A stretch of 22,017 nt of DNA, from NCBI GenBank assembly GCA_965205655.1, contig CBDBIJ010000092.1, positions 1-22,017 on the forward strand, given 5' to 3'. Each line of letters starts with the position of its first letter. The stretch's first letter is position 1. Below, in pieces: positions 1 to 8,682 of the stretch. The notes beneath the pieces are model-generated. The model was given only the letters and a program-made list of their open reading frames with translations, was not told the DNA's origin and did not search any database. This DNA comes from Candidatus Latescibacterota bacterium. Lineage in GTDB: Bacteria; Latescibacterota; UBA2968; UBA8231. The position numbers and the translations under genes are program-made.

Positions 1-278
1 CGCGGCGCTCTTCCTTATCACCCTTACTGTCTTCTCGTTATACCTGTTCAGATTGAAAGGGCCGAATCCAACACAACGAAAGCTGGCGAGAAACTGGATC
101 TATACAATCTGTGGACTCATCATGGCCGGCTGGTCTGATCGCCATCGCGATCTACCTCAACCTTGTCCATGACGATGGCGTGAGATCCAGTTTTGTGTTC
201 TGGGCTGAGACCCTGACTCTCGTTGTCTTCTGAGTGTCCTGGCTTACCAAGGGCGGAACTCTTTGCCCTGATAGGTGA
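1..278 (+). pseudogene. 3' part of a DUF998-like membrane protein gene, with a frameshift and an in-frame stop
   Basis: Frame 2 reads AALFLITLTVFSLYLFR...RKLARNWIYTICGLIMAG. After a +1 shift near 131 it reads LIAIAIY...FVFWAETLTLVVF*VSWLTKGG. TGA 231-233 sits where I recall Gly in an 'FGxSWLTKG' motif. Ends at TGA 276-278. Confidence 0.55.
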
Positions 279-355
279 ATTGTGTGCGGCTGCGATCCCG
301 TGTGCTGGCTGCCTGACCCTTCTCGCACCTTCCCCGAGCTGAAGCCCTGTCTGAC

Positions 356-2138
356 ATGCAGCTGACCGTGTTCGGCCCCTTCGCTCGCTACACCCGTCCC
401 TACCTGCGCCGCATCGTTATGGGTGTGCTCGCCATTACCCTGGCGCAGGCGGCGGCCGCCTTCATCCCACGGCAGGTGGGCGACGCCGTGGACGTGCTGG
501 AACAGGAGGCCGGCAGCACTGCCGAGCAGCTGGCCAGCGTGCGGGAATACGTCCTCATCTTGCTGGGCCTGGCGGTCATCGTCGCAGTTGGTGGCTGGGC
601 CATGCGCCGGCTGCTGGGCGTCGCCTCCACCTGGATCGAGTACGACATCCGCACGATCTACTTCAGCCACCTGCTGAAGATGCCGCTCTCGTTCTACCAG
701 GCTCACCGCACCGGCGACCTCATGGCGCGGGCCACCAATGACCTCAACAACGTGCGCATCTTCTTCACCTACGGCGTGCGCGGTATCGTGGAGATGGCGC
801 TGATTTTCACGTTCACGATCGCCATGATGTGCGATTATCAACTGGCAGCTCGCCCTGCTCGTGCTCCTGCCCCTGCCGGTGACGGGCTACTTCATCATCC
901 GCATGGCGACGCTGGTGCACTCCCGTTTCAGGGCGATCCAGGATTTCCTTCGGGGTGATGTCGAATTTCATCCAGGAGAATCTCTCCGGCATCCGGGTGG
1001 TGAAGGCCTTCGTGCAGGGGGGCGCACAGACCTCCTCCTTTGACGAGCTCCAACGCCCAGTACCTGCTCCTCAACAACCGGCTCATCTTCACACGAGCCA
1101 TCTACCGTCCGCTGTCCTTCCTCATCGCCTCGATGGGATTGGGACTGAACCTGTGGCTCGGCGGCAGCGCCGTTATCGAGGGCTCCCTCTCGATAGGCGA
1201 TTTCGTCGCCTTCAACGGTTATCTGACGTTGCTGATCCGTCCCATCGCCAACATGGGCTGGGTCATCGATCGCTTTCAGCGTTCCATGGTGGCCATTCGC
1301 CGCATCAACGACATCCTCGCCATCGAGCCGGAGATCGGCGATCGCACCTTGCCCGTTGCGGCACCGGCAGCGCAGGTGACCGGCGGACAGGTGGAGTTCC
1401 GCGGCGTCAGCTTCGCCTACGACGAAGCAGTGCCGGTGCTCGAGGGCATCGATCTCATCATTCCCGCCGGCTCCACCCTGGGCATCATCGGCAGAGTCGG
1501 CGCCGGCAAGAGCACACTGGCGCGCCTGATACCGCGGCTCATCGAGCCCACTGCCGGCGAAGTGCTCGTCGACGGGGTCCCGATCAGCCACAGGTCGATG
1601 GAGCAGCTGCGCGAGGGCATCGGCTACGTGGCGCAGACACCGTTCTTGTTCTCCGACAGCGTGCGCGCCAACGTCGCCTACGGAATCCGCGACGCCAGCG
1701 AGGAGCGCGAGGAGCTCGTTCTGCAGGCTGCCGAAGAGGCGCAGGTACGCGCCGAGGTGGAGGCGTTCGAAGACGGCTTCGCCACCGTCGTCGGCGAGCG
1801 CGGCGTCACTCTCTCCGGCGGCCAGAAGCAGCGGGCCACACTGGGCGAGGGCCCTGCTGCTGCGGCCGGCGATTCTCATTCTCGACGATGCGCTCTCCTC
1901 CGTCGATACGCACACCGAAGAGGCGATCCTCGGCCACCTGAGACGGATCATGCAGGGACGCACTACCCTGCTCATCGCCCATCGCATCTCCACGTTGCGC
2001 GATGCCGATCACATCATCGTCCTCGACGAGGGGCGCATCGTCGAGCAGGGCAATCACGCCGCCCTCGTCGCTCACGGCGGCATCTACGCCGATCTCTTCG
2101 AGCGCCAGCAGCTGGCGGCGGAGCTGGAAGGGCTGTGA
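356..2138 (+). CDS. ABC exporter, fused permease/ATPase (MdlA/YheI-like half with degenerate site); four +1 frameshifts in this sequence
   Basis: TM domain with '[12 protein letters not shown]', Walker [10 protein letters not shown]-loop YVAQ, signature LSGGQ, Walker B ILILDD, H-loop IAHR. Extra bases near 831, 948, 1051 and 1844; removing them gives about 592 aa. Confidence 0.93.
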
Positions 2139-2168
2139 TCGCAACACCGAGTCCGGGGAGCGGCTAGC

Positions 2169-3976
2169 ATGTCTCCCGTACCCATGTCGCAGGAAGAGGA
2201 GATCCAGGAGCGGCCCTTCAACCTGGGGCTCACGCTGCGCCTGGTCGCCTACCTCCGGGTCTACAAGCAGCGCCTGGCGGTGGCCCTCGTCCTGCATCCT
2301 CGTGGCCGCCGTGTCCAGCCAGTTGGGTCCGTATCTGACGCAGATCGGCGTCGACGACTACATCCTCAAGGGGGATCTCCAGGGGCTGTACGGCCTCATC
2401 GGTCTCTACTTCCTCAGCATCGCCGTGCAGTACGTGGCGCAGTACGGGCAGACGAGAGTCACCGAGCTGACCCGGGCAGTACGTGATGCGCGATCTGCGC
2501 CGGCAGATCTTCGTGCACCTGCAGCGCCTGCCCATGCGCTACTTCGACCGCACCCCCGTGGGCCGCACCATGACACGGACCACCAACGACGTGGAGGCCC
2601 TCAACGAGTTCTTCACCGAGGGCGTGGTCTCCGTGTTCATGGATCTGTTCACCCTCGTCGCCATCCTCGCCTTCATGACCTACATGGACCCGTGGCTTAC
2701 GCTCGCATCGTGTACGGTGATTCCCATCCTGGCGCTGGCCACCTTTTACCTGCAGGGCCTCGCCATGAAGGCCTACCGCGAGCTGCGCTTGCGCCTGGCG
2801 CGCCTCAACGCCTACCTGCAGGAAAACATCACGGGCATGGAGGTCGTGCAGCTGTTCAACCGGCAGCAGCGCAATCTCGGCGACTTCGACCGCGAGCACC
2901 TGCCGTATCGCAAGGCCGAGGATCGAGAGATCCACTACTACTCCATCTTCTTCCCCTTCTCCGAGTTCATCGGCACTGTGGGCATGGGCATCGTCGTCTG
3001 GTACGGCGCCTGCTCGGTCGTGCAGGATCGCATCGATCTTGGGGTGCTCATCGCCTTCCTCCAGTACGTGCGCCGGTTCTTCCGCCCCATCATGGACATC
3101 TCCGATCGCTACGCCCTGCTGCAGAGCGCCATGGCCGCGTCGGAGCGCATCTTCGAGCTCCTCGACAGGCGCACGGAGCCGCAGGGGCCGGCAACGCGCG
3201 GCGTGGACCAGACAGCGCCCGCCGCGGCAACGGATTCACCTGCTATCGAGTTCGACCACGTCCACTTCAAGTACGATCCCGACGCCAGCGACTGGATCCT
3301 GCGCGACGTCACCTTCACCGTGCCCGCCGGCCACAGCATCGCGCTGGTGGGCGCCACGGGATCCGGCAAGACCACCATCGTCAACCTGATCTGCCGGTTC
3401 TACGACATTCAGCAGGGATCGGTGCGCGTCGACGGCGTCGATGTGCGCGAGTGGAACCTGGACGAGCTGCGCCGTCGCGTCGGCATCGTGCAGCAGGACG
3501 TGTTTCTGTTTTCAGGCAGCATCGGCGCCAACATCCGGCTCGGACTGCCGATCCCGGAGGAGCGGGTGGCGGAGGTAGCGCAACACGTCAACGCCAGCCG
3601 TTTCGTGGAGCGCCTGCCGCGGCGCTTCGAGCACCCGGTGGCCGAAGGTGGCAGATCGCTGTCGGGAGGTCAGCGTCAGCTGCTCTCCTTTGCCCGCGCC
3701 CTGGCCTTCGATCCGGAGATCCTCGTACTCGACGAGGCCACCTCCAGCATCGACACGGAGACGGAGCAGCTGATTCAGGAGGCCATCGCCCGGATTATGG
3801 TGGAGCGCACGTCCATCGTCATCGCTCACCGGCTGTCGACGATTCGCAATGCCGATCAGATCCTCGTTCTCCATCACGGCGAGGTGCGTGAGCAGGGCCG
3901 GCACGACGAGCTCGTCTCCCGGGACGGCATCTACGCCCGGCTGTACCGGCTCAACTACGGCGGCGGAGACCGCTAG
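2169..3976 (+). CDS. ABC exporter, fused permease/ATPase (MdlB/YheH-like half); two +1 frameshifts in this sequence
   Basis: GGGGAG RBS before ATG 2169; 'FDRTPVGRTMTRTTNDVE', Walker A GATGSGKT, LSGGQRQ, ILVLDEAT, IAHRLST. Extra C near 2292 and 2472; corrected length about 601 aa. Confidence 0.95.
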
Positions 3977-4151
3977 TGCCGTGTGTCAAAAGCATTCTTG
4001 TATTCGGGCGCCGATCCATCCTGGCTCGCTGCGTTGCGCTCACTCGGCGGGTTCCACCAACCCGCCTCGATCGCGCGCCTTGCGAGCCAGGCGCCTCGAC
4101 GCCCTCATTTCCGCGGCACTCTGCAACCACTTATCCGGACTCTCCGTCTAG
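3973..4151. repeat. Nested-hairpin, CTAG-bounded MITE/REP-like element
   Basis: Inverted pairs: AGTGCCG 3975-3981 / CGGCACT 4114-4120; CCTGGCTCGC 4020-4029 / GCGAGCCAGG 4082-4091; GGCGGGTT 4046-4053 / AACCCGCC 4059-4066. CTAG at 3973-3976 and 4148-4151. Confidence 0.6.
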
Positions 4152-4239
4152 CGTCTTCGATCTGGCGGGCGTGCAGGATCATCGACTTCGTCAGTTGGTA
4201 GCCCAACTCGCGGTAGGCTTCGAATTGGTTCTCGTTGCT
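4105..4239 (-). pseudogene. Short 3' remnant, possibly of a patatin/cPLA2-like phospholipase gene
   Basis: Translates SNENQFEAYRELGYQLTKSM. 'QFEAYRELG' matches a C-terminal motif I recall from bacterial patatin-like proteins. No start codon upstream of the motif. Confidence 0.45.
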
Positions 4240-4263
4240 GGGTAAACCGCGTCTCCAGCATCT

Positions 4264-5601
4264 CTACGTCAGCTCAATCGCCACCCGTATCTCATCATCC
4301 TCAATGGTCACACTGTCAGGCGTATACCCCACCTGCATCGTCGCATTCCCACCTCCCGGTAACCGGAACTGCGTGAACCGCGCCAGATCGTAGCTGCCCT
4401 GCCCCGTTAGCTGCAACGGAAAGTTCATCGAGAACGGCACCAATCCCGACGCACCCGTCGAGGTCGCCTGCATCGTCATCTGCACGCCTGCCACGCTCCA
4501 CGTCGTTGCGAACGGCAGAAACCGGTCCAGCAGCAAGTTGATCAGAAAGGACATACTCGCCGTCAGAGCGAGAAAGAGCGGCCCGAACATGATCACCCCC
4601 AGCACCACCAGCATCCCGGAGCTCGACACGTGCACGTTGATGTCGGCGTCATAATCGAACTCGATGCGCGGATTGGGTGTGTGTGAATCCACCACCCTCG
4701 GTTGCAATGCCGCCGAAAAAGTGATCCGCGCCCTGACGCGGCACCAGCACCGGCGCCGTTTGGCCCGGAGAGTGCCCGAGGCCACCACCTTCCCCGGTTC
4801 GAAAGCCACGGCGAGGGAGTTGATGTAGACGCGCCACCTTCCAACCCGGAAGCGCGTCGGTAGCCACCCCCTCGCGAAGGCCAGGTGGACAGCCGCAGTC
4901 AGCACACGCTCGTGCACGACCGCGCCAAGGTTCGTATTCGTCGGCACAAAGTGTCCCAGCTGATTCGGGTTGCCCGCGAGAGGATTCGTCAGGTTGAAAT
5001 CCGAGGCAAGAAGGAGGGACGTCGGTGGCACAGCCCGCTGCGCCGTCAGCAACGGCGAGCTCGGTGCAAAGCTGAGTCCGATGGCGCTGAAGAAGTCTAC
5101 GAGCTTCCACACATCGATCTCAACCTGGCGGATCACCCGGAACCCCAGCCATACTCCGACATTGATGAGCGGAGCGACGAACGAGTTCAGGAACCAACCC
5201 GTCAGGCCGCCGGACCTGAAGGTGACTCTCACCGTCAGCGTCGGCGTCACGCTCAGCACTACACTTCTCGGTAGGCCGGCTGCCGTCTTCGACAGATCGA
5301 TCAGCACATCGTCTACCGACAGCACCGCCGTGGTGTTGATGCGAATGAGTCCCAGAAGCCGCAGACTGAAATCCGCCTCCACCTGCAGGTCGGTGCTCAC
5401 GCCGCCTCCGACCGGCGGGATGTCCTCCAGGTCCGTGATGTTCAGGTCGGTAACCTGCACCGAGAAGGATCCGAAACGTCCCAGCCGTCCTGAGTACCCA
5501 AGGTGAGCGCTCAGCGCTGCGATGTAGCGATCGAGGACGAGATTCAGGACAGGTTGCTCGATCTCCATCGCGACTGCGTACTCCGCTGCCCATCTGGCCA
5601 T
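4264..5601 (-). CDS. Hypothetical 445-aa protein with two internally similar halves; possible tandem TULIP/BPI-like lipid-binding fold
   Basis: Long ORF with strong RBS AGGAGGTGA before ATG 5601, 1 bp after the upstream stop. The fold is inferred from sequence pattern only. Confidence 0.8.
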   Translation of the reverse strand: MARWAAEYAVAMEIEQPVLNLVLDRYIAALSAHLGYSGRLGRFGSFSVQVTDLNITDLEDIPPVGGGVSTDLQVEADFSLRLLGLIRINTTAVLSVDDVLIDLSKTAAGLPRSVVLSVTPTLTVRVTFRSGGLTGWFLNSFVAPLINVGVWLGFRVIRQVEIDVWKLVDFFSAIGLSFAPSSPLLTAQRAVPPTSLLLASDFNLTNPLAGNPNQLGHFVPTNTNLGAVVHERVLTAAVHLAFARGWLPTRFRVGRWRVYINSLAVAFEPGKVVASGTLRAKRRRCWCRVRARITFSAALQPRVVDSHTPNPRIEFDYDADINVHVSSSGMLVVLGVIMFGPLFLALTASMSFLINLLLDRFLPFATTWSVAGVQMTMQATSTGASGLVPFSMNFPLQLTGQGSYDLARFTQFRLPGGGNATMQVGYTPDSVTIEDDEIRVAIELT

Positions 5602-5602
5602 T

Positions 5603-6310
5603 TCAGATCACCTCCTGCTTGACTTCACGCATCGCGCTCAGGTCGACGTATTCATCCGTCTCGGGACAGTCCTCTTCGAACAACAGCTCAAGGCGCACCA
5701 GACCGTAAATGCTCATGAGACCGAGGATGATCAGCTGGTATGTCTCCTCGTCCACCGGCAGTCCCTCTTCGTCGAGCTCGAATTCCTGACTGAGGAATCC
5801 GGCCGTGCCGGCCGGCACGACAAGGTTGAGGAAATCGCTGAAAAACGAGACGAAGTCGGCCACGAAGATGTGGCCGTTCCGATCCCGGGCGTTGACGACG
5901 GAAACGAGCCGATTCCGGTGGTCGTCGCTCAGCTCCTGGGCATCGGCATGCTCGCGGGGAAACACCGATATCCACGCCTCCCAGCTCGCCGTCGCTTCTG
6001 TGCCGTCTTGCCGGCGGAAGCGCAGTGTCGCAGTCATTAGACCGTAGTCCCTTCGGCCAGCCGCGGTCGTGAAGACAACATCGCCTTCCGCAACATCACC
6101 GGCCGAGAGATTCGAGGGAAAGCTCATCGTCGGGGCCGCCGTGTCGGGGAGTAGCGTTGTCGGGTTGTTCCAGATCAGCTCGAGCAACTCGACGACCTGG
6201 GATGCGGCGATCCTCACATGCACCTCCACGGCTTGTCCGAGCTCGACCACGGTCGGCGCCGTCGAGAGAATCTCGAGTTCGGGGACCTGGGTTGTCGTTG
6301 TCAGGAGCAC
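5603..6310 (-). CDS. Hypothetical 235-aa acidic protein (beta-rich N-half, helical/acidic C-half)
   Basis: AAGGAGG RBS 5 nt before GTG 6310, a better start than 6316; operonic position. Confidence 0.8.
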   Translation of the reverse strand: MLLTTTTQVPELEILSTAPTVVELGQAVEVHVRIAASQVVELLELIWNNPTTLLPDTAAPTMSFPSNLSAGDVAEGDVVFTTAAGRRDYGLMTATLRFRRQDGTEATASWEAWISVFPREHADAQELSDDHRNRLVSVVNARDRNGHIFVADFVSFFSDFLNLVVPAGTAGFLSQEFELDEEGLPVDEETYQLIILGLMSIYGLVRLELLFEEDCPETDEYVDLSAMREVKQEVI

Positions 6311-6352
6311 GGGCACCTCCTTATCGGAAGGAAAAGGTTTCGAGAGCGAACA

Positions 6353-7141
6353 TCACCCGATTCTGGCCATCTTGTCCTCGTCCACGGAAGCGTTCTGCCA
6401 CTGCACGGCCAAGCGGGACCCGACGAAGGCGTCTGGATCGAGAACCTTCCGTTTCATCAGATACACCCGCGTTTCCGTGGGGTAGACGCCGTGAAACCAC
6501 TCCAGACTCTTTGTCGTGTAGTAGACGAATTCGCTGCATGACTGGTCGTTGAAGTTGGAGAAGTTGAAACTGAAATCGTAGGACTTGCCCAGCTGCGCCA
6601 GGGCGATCTTGAAGACCTCTTCGAAAGCACTCTCGAATGTCACCTCATCACCAGCCTCAAGACGCGTCTCAAGCTCCCGCTCTGCCTCCGTGTACTCCGA
6701 ATCGTCCACGTGAGCGGACAACCTCCCTTGCTGGCGTGTCAGCTGCGAGGGAAATCGCATGATCGCCATGCGGTCGCAGCGACAGAAATTGATCACATCC
6801 TCCATGAAGATGCCCTCAGCCATGGCGTGGATGACCATCTGTTTGCCGGTTCGGAAGTGGCGCTCGCCACCCACATGGGCGACATGCTGCCGGTCGTCGT
6901 CGGTCACCTCGCCCAGATAGAGTGCCACATGGCTGAAGTAACCGGGGATGAAGAGCCCGTCGAGGTAATTCCGGTACCCCCGCACCAGAATGTCGCCCGG
7001 CTCGAGGGTGTCGATCACCTGTCGCACGTCGTCACCCCTCACCTGGTAGCCGGTGGGGTGGTAGAGCAGGAAGAACGGCCACTTGAACACCTTGATGTCG
7101 CCGAAAATCTTCAGAAACACGTCCCGAATCGCTTTGAACAT
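6353..7141 (-). CDS. Permuted papain-like NlpC/P60 enzyme (YiiX/YebB/YaeF family)
   Basis: 'LEPGDILV', 'FSHVALYLG' (His), 'VIHA', 'LGKSYDF' and 'CSEFVY' (Cys) in the circularly permuted order. Confidence 0.9.
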   Translation of the reverse strand: MFKAIRDVFLKIFGDIKVFKWPFFLLYHPTGYQVRGDDVRQVIDTLEPGDILVRGYRNYLDGLFIPGYFSHVALYLGEVTDDDRQHVAHVGGERHFRTGKQMVIHAMAEGIFMEDVINFCRCDRMAIMRFPSQLTRQQGRLSAHVDDSEYTEAERELETRLEAGDEVTFESAFEEVFKIALAQLGKSYDFSFNFSNFNDQSCSEFVYYTTKSLEWFHGVYPTETRVYLMKRKVLDPDAFVGSRLAVQWQNASVDEDKMARIG

Positions 7142-7150
7142 CGCCGCGTC

Positions 7151-8548
7151 CTACATCCGCTTGTAACGCCCGGCGTCCAGATCTGCAGCCACGGGCTCCG
7201 ACAACAGCGATCTGTCGATCAGCAGGTTGCGCTCGTGGAGCAGCCGCCTGAACGGATCGTGTTTTGGCTTGATTTTCCTGACCGTGTCGAGAGTCAATTC
7301 TCTGCAGTCCTGGAAGTCGATGTGAAACTGGTCGTGGGTCGCCCTGCAGAAAGGACCACCGTAGATGACGACATTGCTCTCCGTGTGGTGGAAGGACCAG
7401 CCCCGGGCGATGTTGTATGACCCGATCGAGGCGACCACGTCGTCGATGACGCAGCACTTCGAGTGGAAGGCGCCCGGTTTCAACCATTCGAACACCCTGA
7501 TGCCGCTCTCGATCAGCCCGGAGAAGTGGTTGCTGCTCTCCCAGTACATCCAGCCGAGAACGCCGAACGCCATCAAGGTGCGGGAGGACTTGCGGGAATT
7601 GGTGATCAGTCGCACCTCCACGCCTCGGCGGACTGCGGCTGCGAGCGCGTCGGCGATGACGCGGGGCGGGCGAATGCCATGGCAGCCCCAGTAGATATAT
7701 TCCTTCGCCTCCCTGAACATCATCAGGTAGGCTTCCGTCAACCGCAGCCGTTCTTCATCGTAGGGCTTGTGTGGGATGTAGCGAATCTTCTCGGCGCCCG
7801 TCGTAGTCAGCTCCGGGAAGTAGGCTGGCGCCTGTTGCTGTATGAGAGCCTCTCCTTCCCGCTTCGCCTCTTCGAAGAAGGCCTCGCGATCGAACCCCGC
7901 TTCGGTGCGGGCTTCGTACTCTCTCTCCATGGCGTCGTAGAGACGGACATCTCTGAGGTACTGGCGCTGGATATCAGCCACGACCGGGCCGGTGATGTAG
8001 CAGTCCGAATCCCGCCACGCCTTGGGACTGGCCCCTCCCTGTGCGTACTTGTCGCCCCAGTTCATGCCACCCAGGATGGCCTCCTTGCCGTCGACGACAA
8101 AGTACTTCTCGTGAAATCGCCGTTTCAGCTTCAGCTTCGTCGCTTTTACAACCTGCCTGATCGGTCCGCCTCGACCCCACTTGGGCAGCCAGTCCCTGAA
8201 CAACCGGTGATAGCGCAATACCTCCACTCCGTCCCTGGCCAGCTTGTCGACCCGTTTGCCGCTGAAGGTACTGTAGAGTACGGCGTCATCGACGACGAGC
8301 CGCACCTCGACTCCGTCGTTCATCTTGGCCCGCAGCAGACCGCACAGCCGCTTCGTCGTCTTGTCGCGCATGAACGAGAACGTGGCGATGTGGATGCTGT
8401 GGCGCGCAGCTTCCAGCAGCTCCCACCGTTTTTCATACGATGAGATACCGCTCGGAAGCAGCTCGATCGTGTTTCCTTCGCGGACGACTGTGTCGGTGAG
8501 CCGGTCGGTTTCGGCTTCGAATGCGGATGAGAGGAGAGGGTGGCTCAT
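7151..8548 (-). CDS. Phospholipase D / cardiolipin-synthase family protein lacking N-terminal TM helices
   Basis: Two intact HxKxxxxD motifs (HEKYFVVD...GGMN; HSKCCVID...GSYN), plus 'WRD' and 'RGVEVRLI'. Confidence 0.93.
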   Translation of the reverse strand: MSHPLLSSAFEAETDRLTDTVVREGNTIELLPSGISSYEKRWELLEAARHSIHIATFSFMRDKTTKRLCGLLRAKMNDGVEVRLVVDDAVLYSTFSGKRVDKLARDGVEVLRYHRLFRDWLPKWGRGGPIRQVVKATKLKLKRRFHEKYFVVDGKEAILGGMNWGDKYAQGGASPKAWRDSDCYITGPVVADIQRQYLRDVRLYDAMEREYEARTEAGFDREAFFEEAKREGEALIQQQAPAYFPELTTTGAEKIRYIPHKPYDEERLRLTEAYLMMFREAKEYIYWGCHGIRPPRVIADALAAAVRRGVEVRLITNSRKSSRTLMAFGVLGWMYWESSNHFSGLIESGIRVFEWLKPGAFHSKCCVIDDVVASIGSYNIARGWSFHHTESNVVIYGGPFCRATHDQFHIDFQDCRELTLDTVRKIKPKHDPFRRLLHERNLLIDRSLLSEPVAADLDAGRYKRM

Positions 8549-8579
8549 TTGTTGGTTTGGTCAATCGGTCGGACGAGTC

Positions 8580-8608
8580 ATAGTAGCCCCGCCCGAGACT
8601 GCCAGCAA
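8580..8608 (-). promoter_or_regulatory. Putative sigma70-type promoter of the PLD operon
   Basis: TTGCTG (8608-8603), 17-nt spacer, TACTAT (8585-8580), ending 31 nt upstream of ATG 8548. Confidence 0.5.
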
Positions 8609-8623
8609 GAGGAATATCTGTGT

Positions 8624-8680
8624 ATCGGTAGTAGTACGGATCAAGACGCCCGACCGGCCCACATCCGTATTAATACGATA
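8624..8680. promoter_or_regulatory. Two copies of palindromic motif ATCCGTA-N4-TACGGAT (putative operators)
   Basis: 8624-8641 ATCGGTA gtag TACGGAT; 8663-8680 ATCCGTA ttaa TACGATA. A perfect copy lies at 17365-17382. Confidence 0.55.
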
Positions 8681-8682
8681 AT

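Noticed and set aside
231..233. In-frame TGA at an expected Gly, suggesting TGA-to-Gly recoding
   Set aside because: Well-defined genes here end at TGA (e.g. 2136-2138, 17109-17111), and the site lies in the error-rich zone.
356..2480. Programmed ribosomal frameshifting in the ABC genes
   Set aside because: Six shifts, no slippery heptamers, all single-base insertions clustered at the window start.
152..3904. Long alternative-frame and antisense ORFs (e.g. 152-841, 968-1993, most of 2002-3891)
   Set aside because: Shadow ORFs typical of GC-rich coding DNA. Only short parts of 861-1043, 955-1941 and 2002-3891 are real pieces of the frameshifted ABC genes.
4264..4266. Amber read-through fusing the 445-aa ORF to the patatin-like tail, and likewise PLA1 TAG 12342-12344 to the DUF547 fragment
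   Set aside because: Being in frame is a 1-in-3 chance each time, the downstream pieces are incomplete domains, and there is no recoding machinery in the window.
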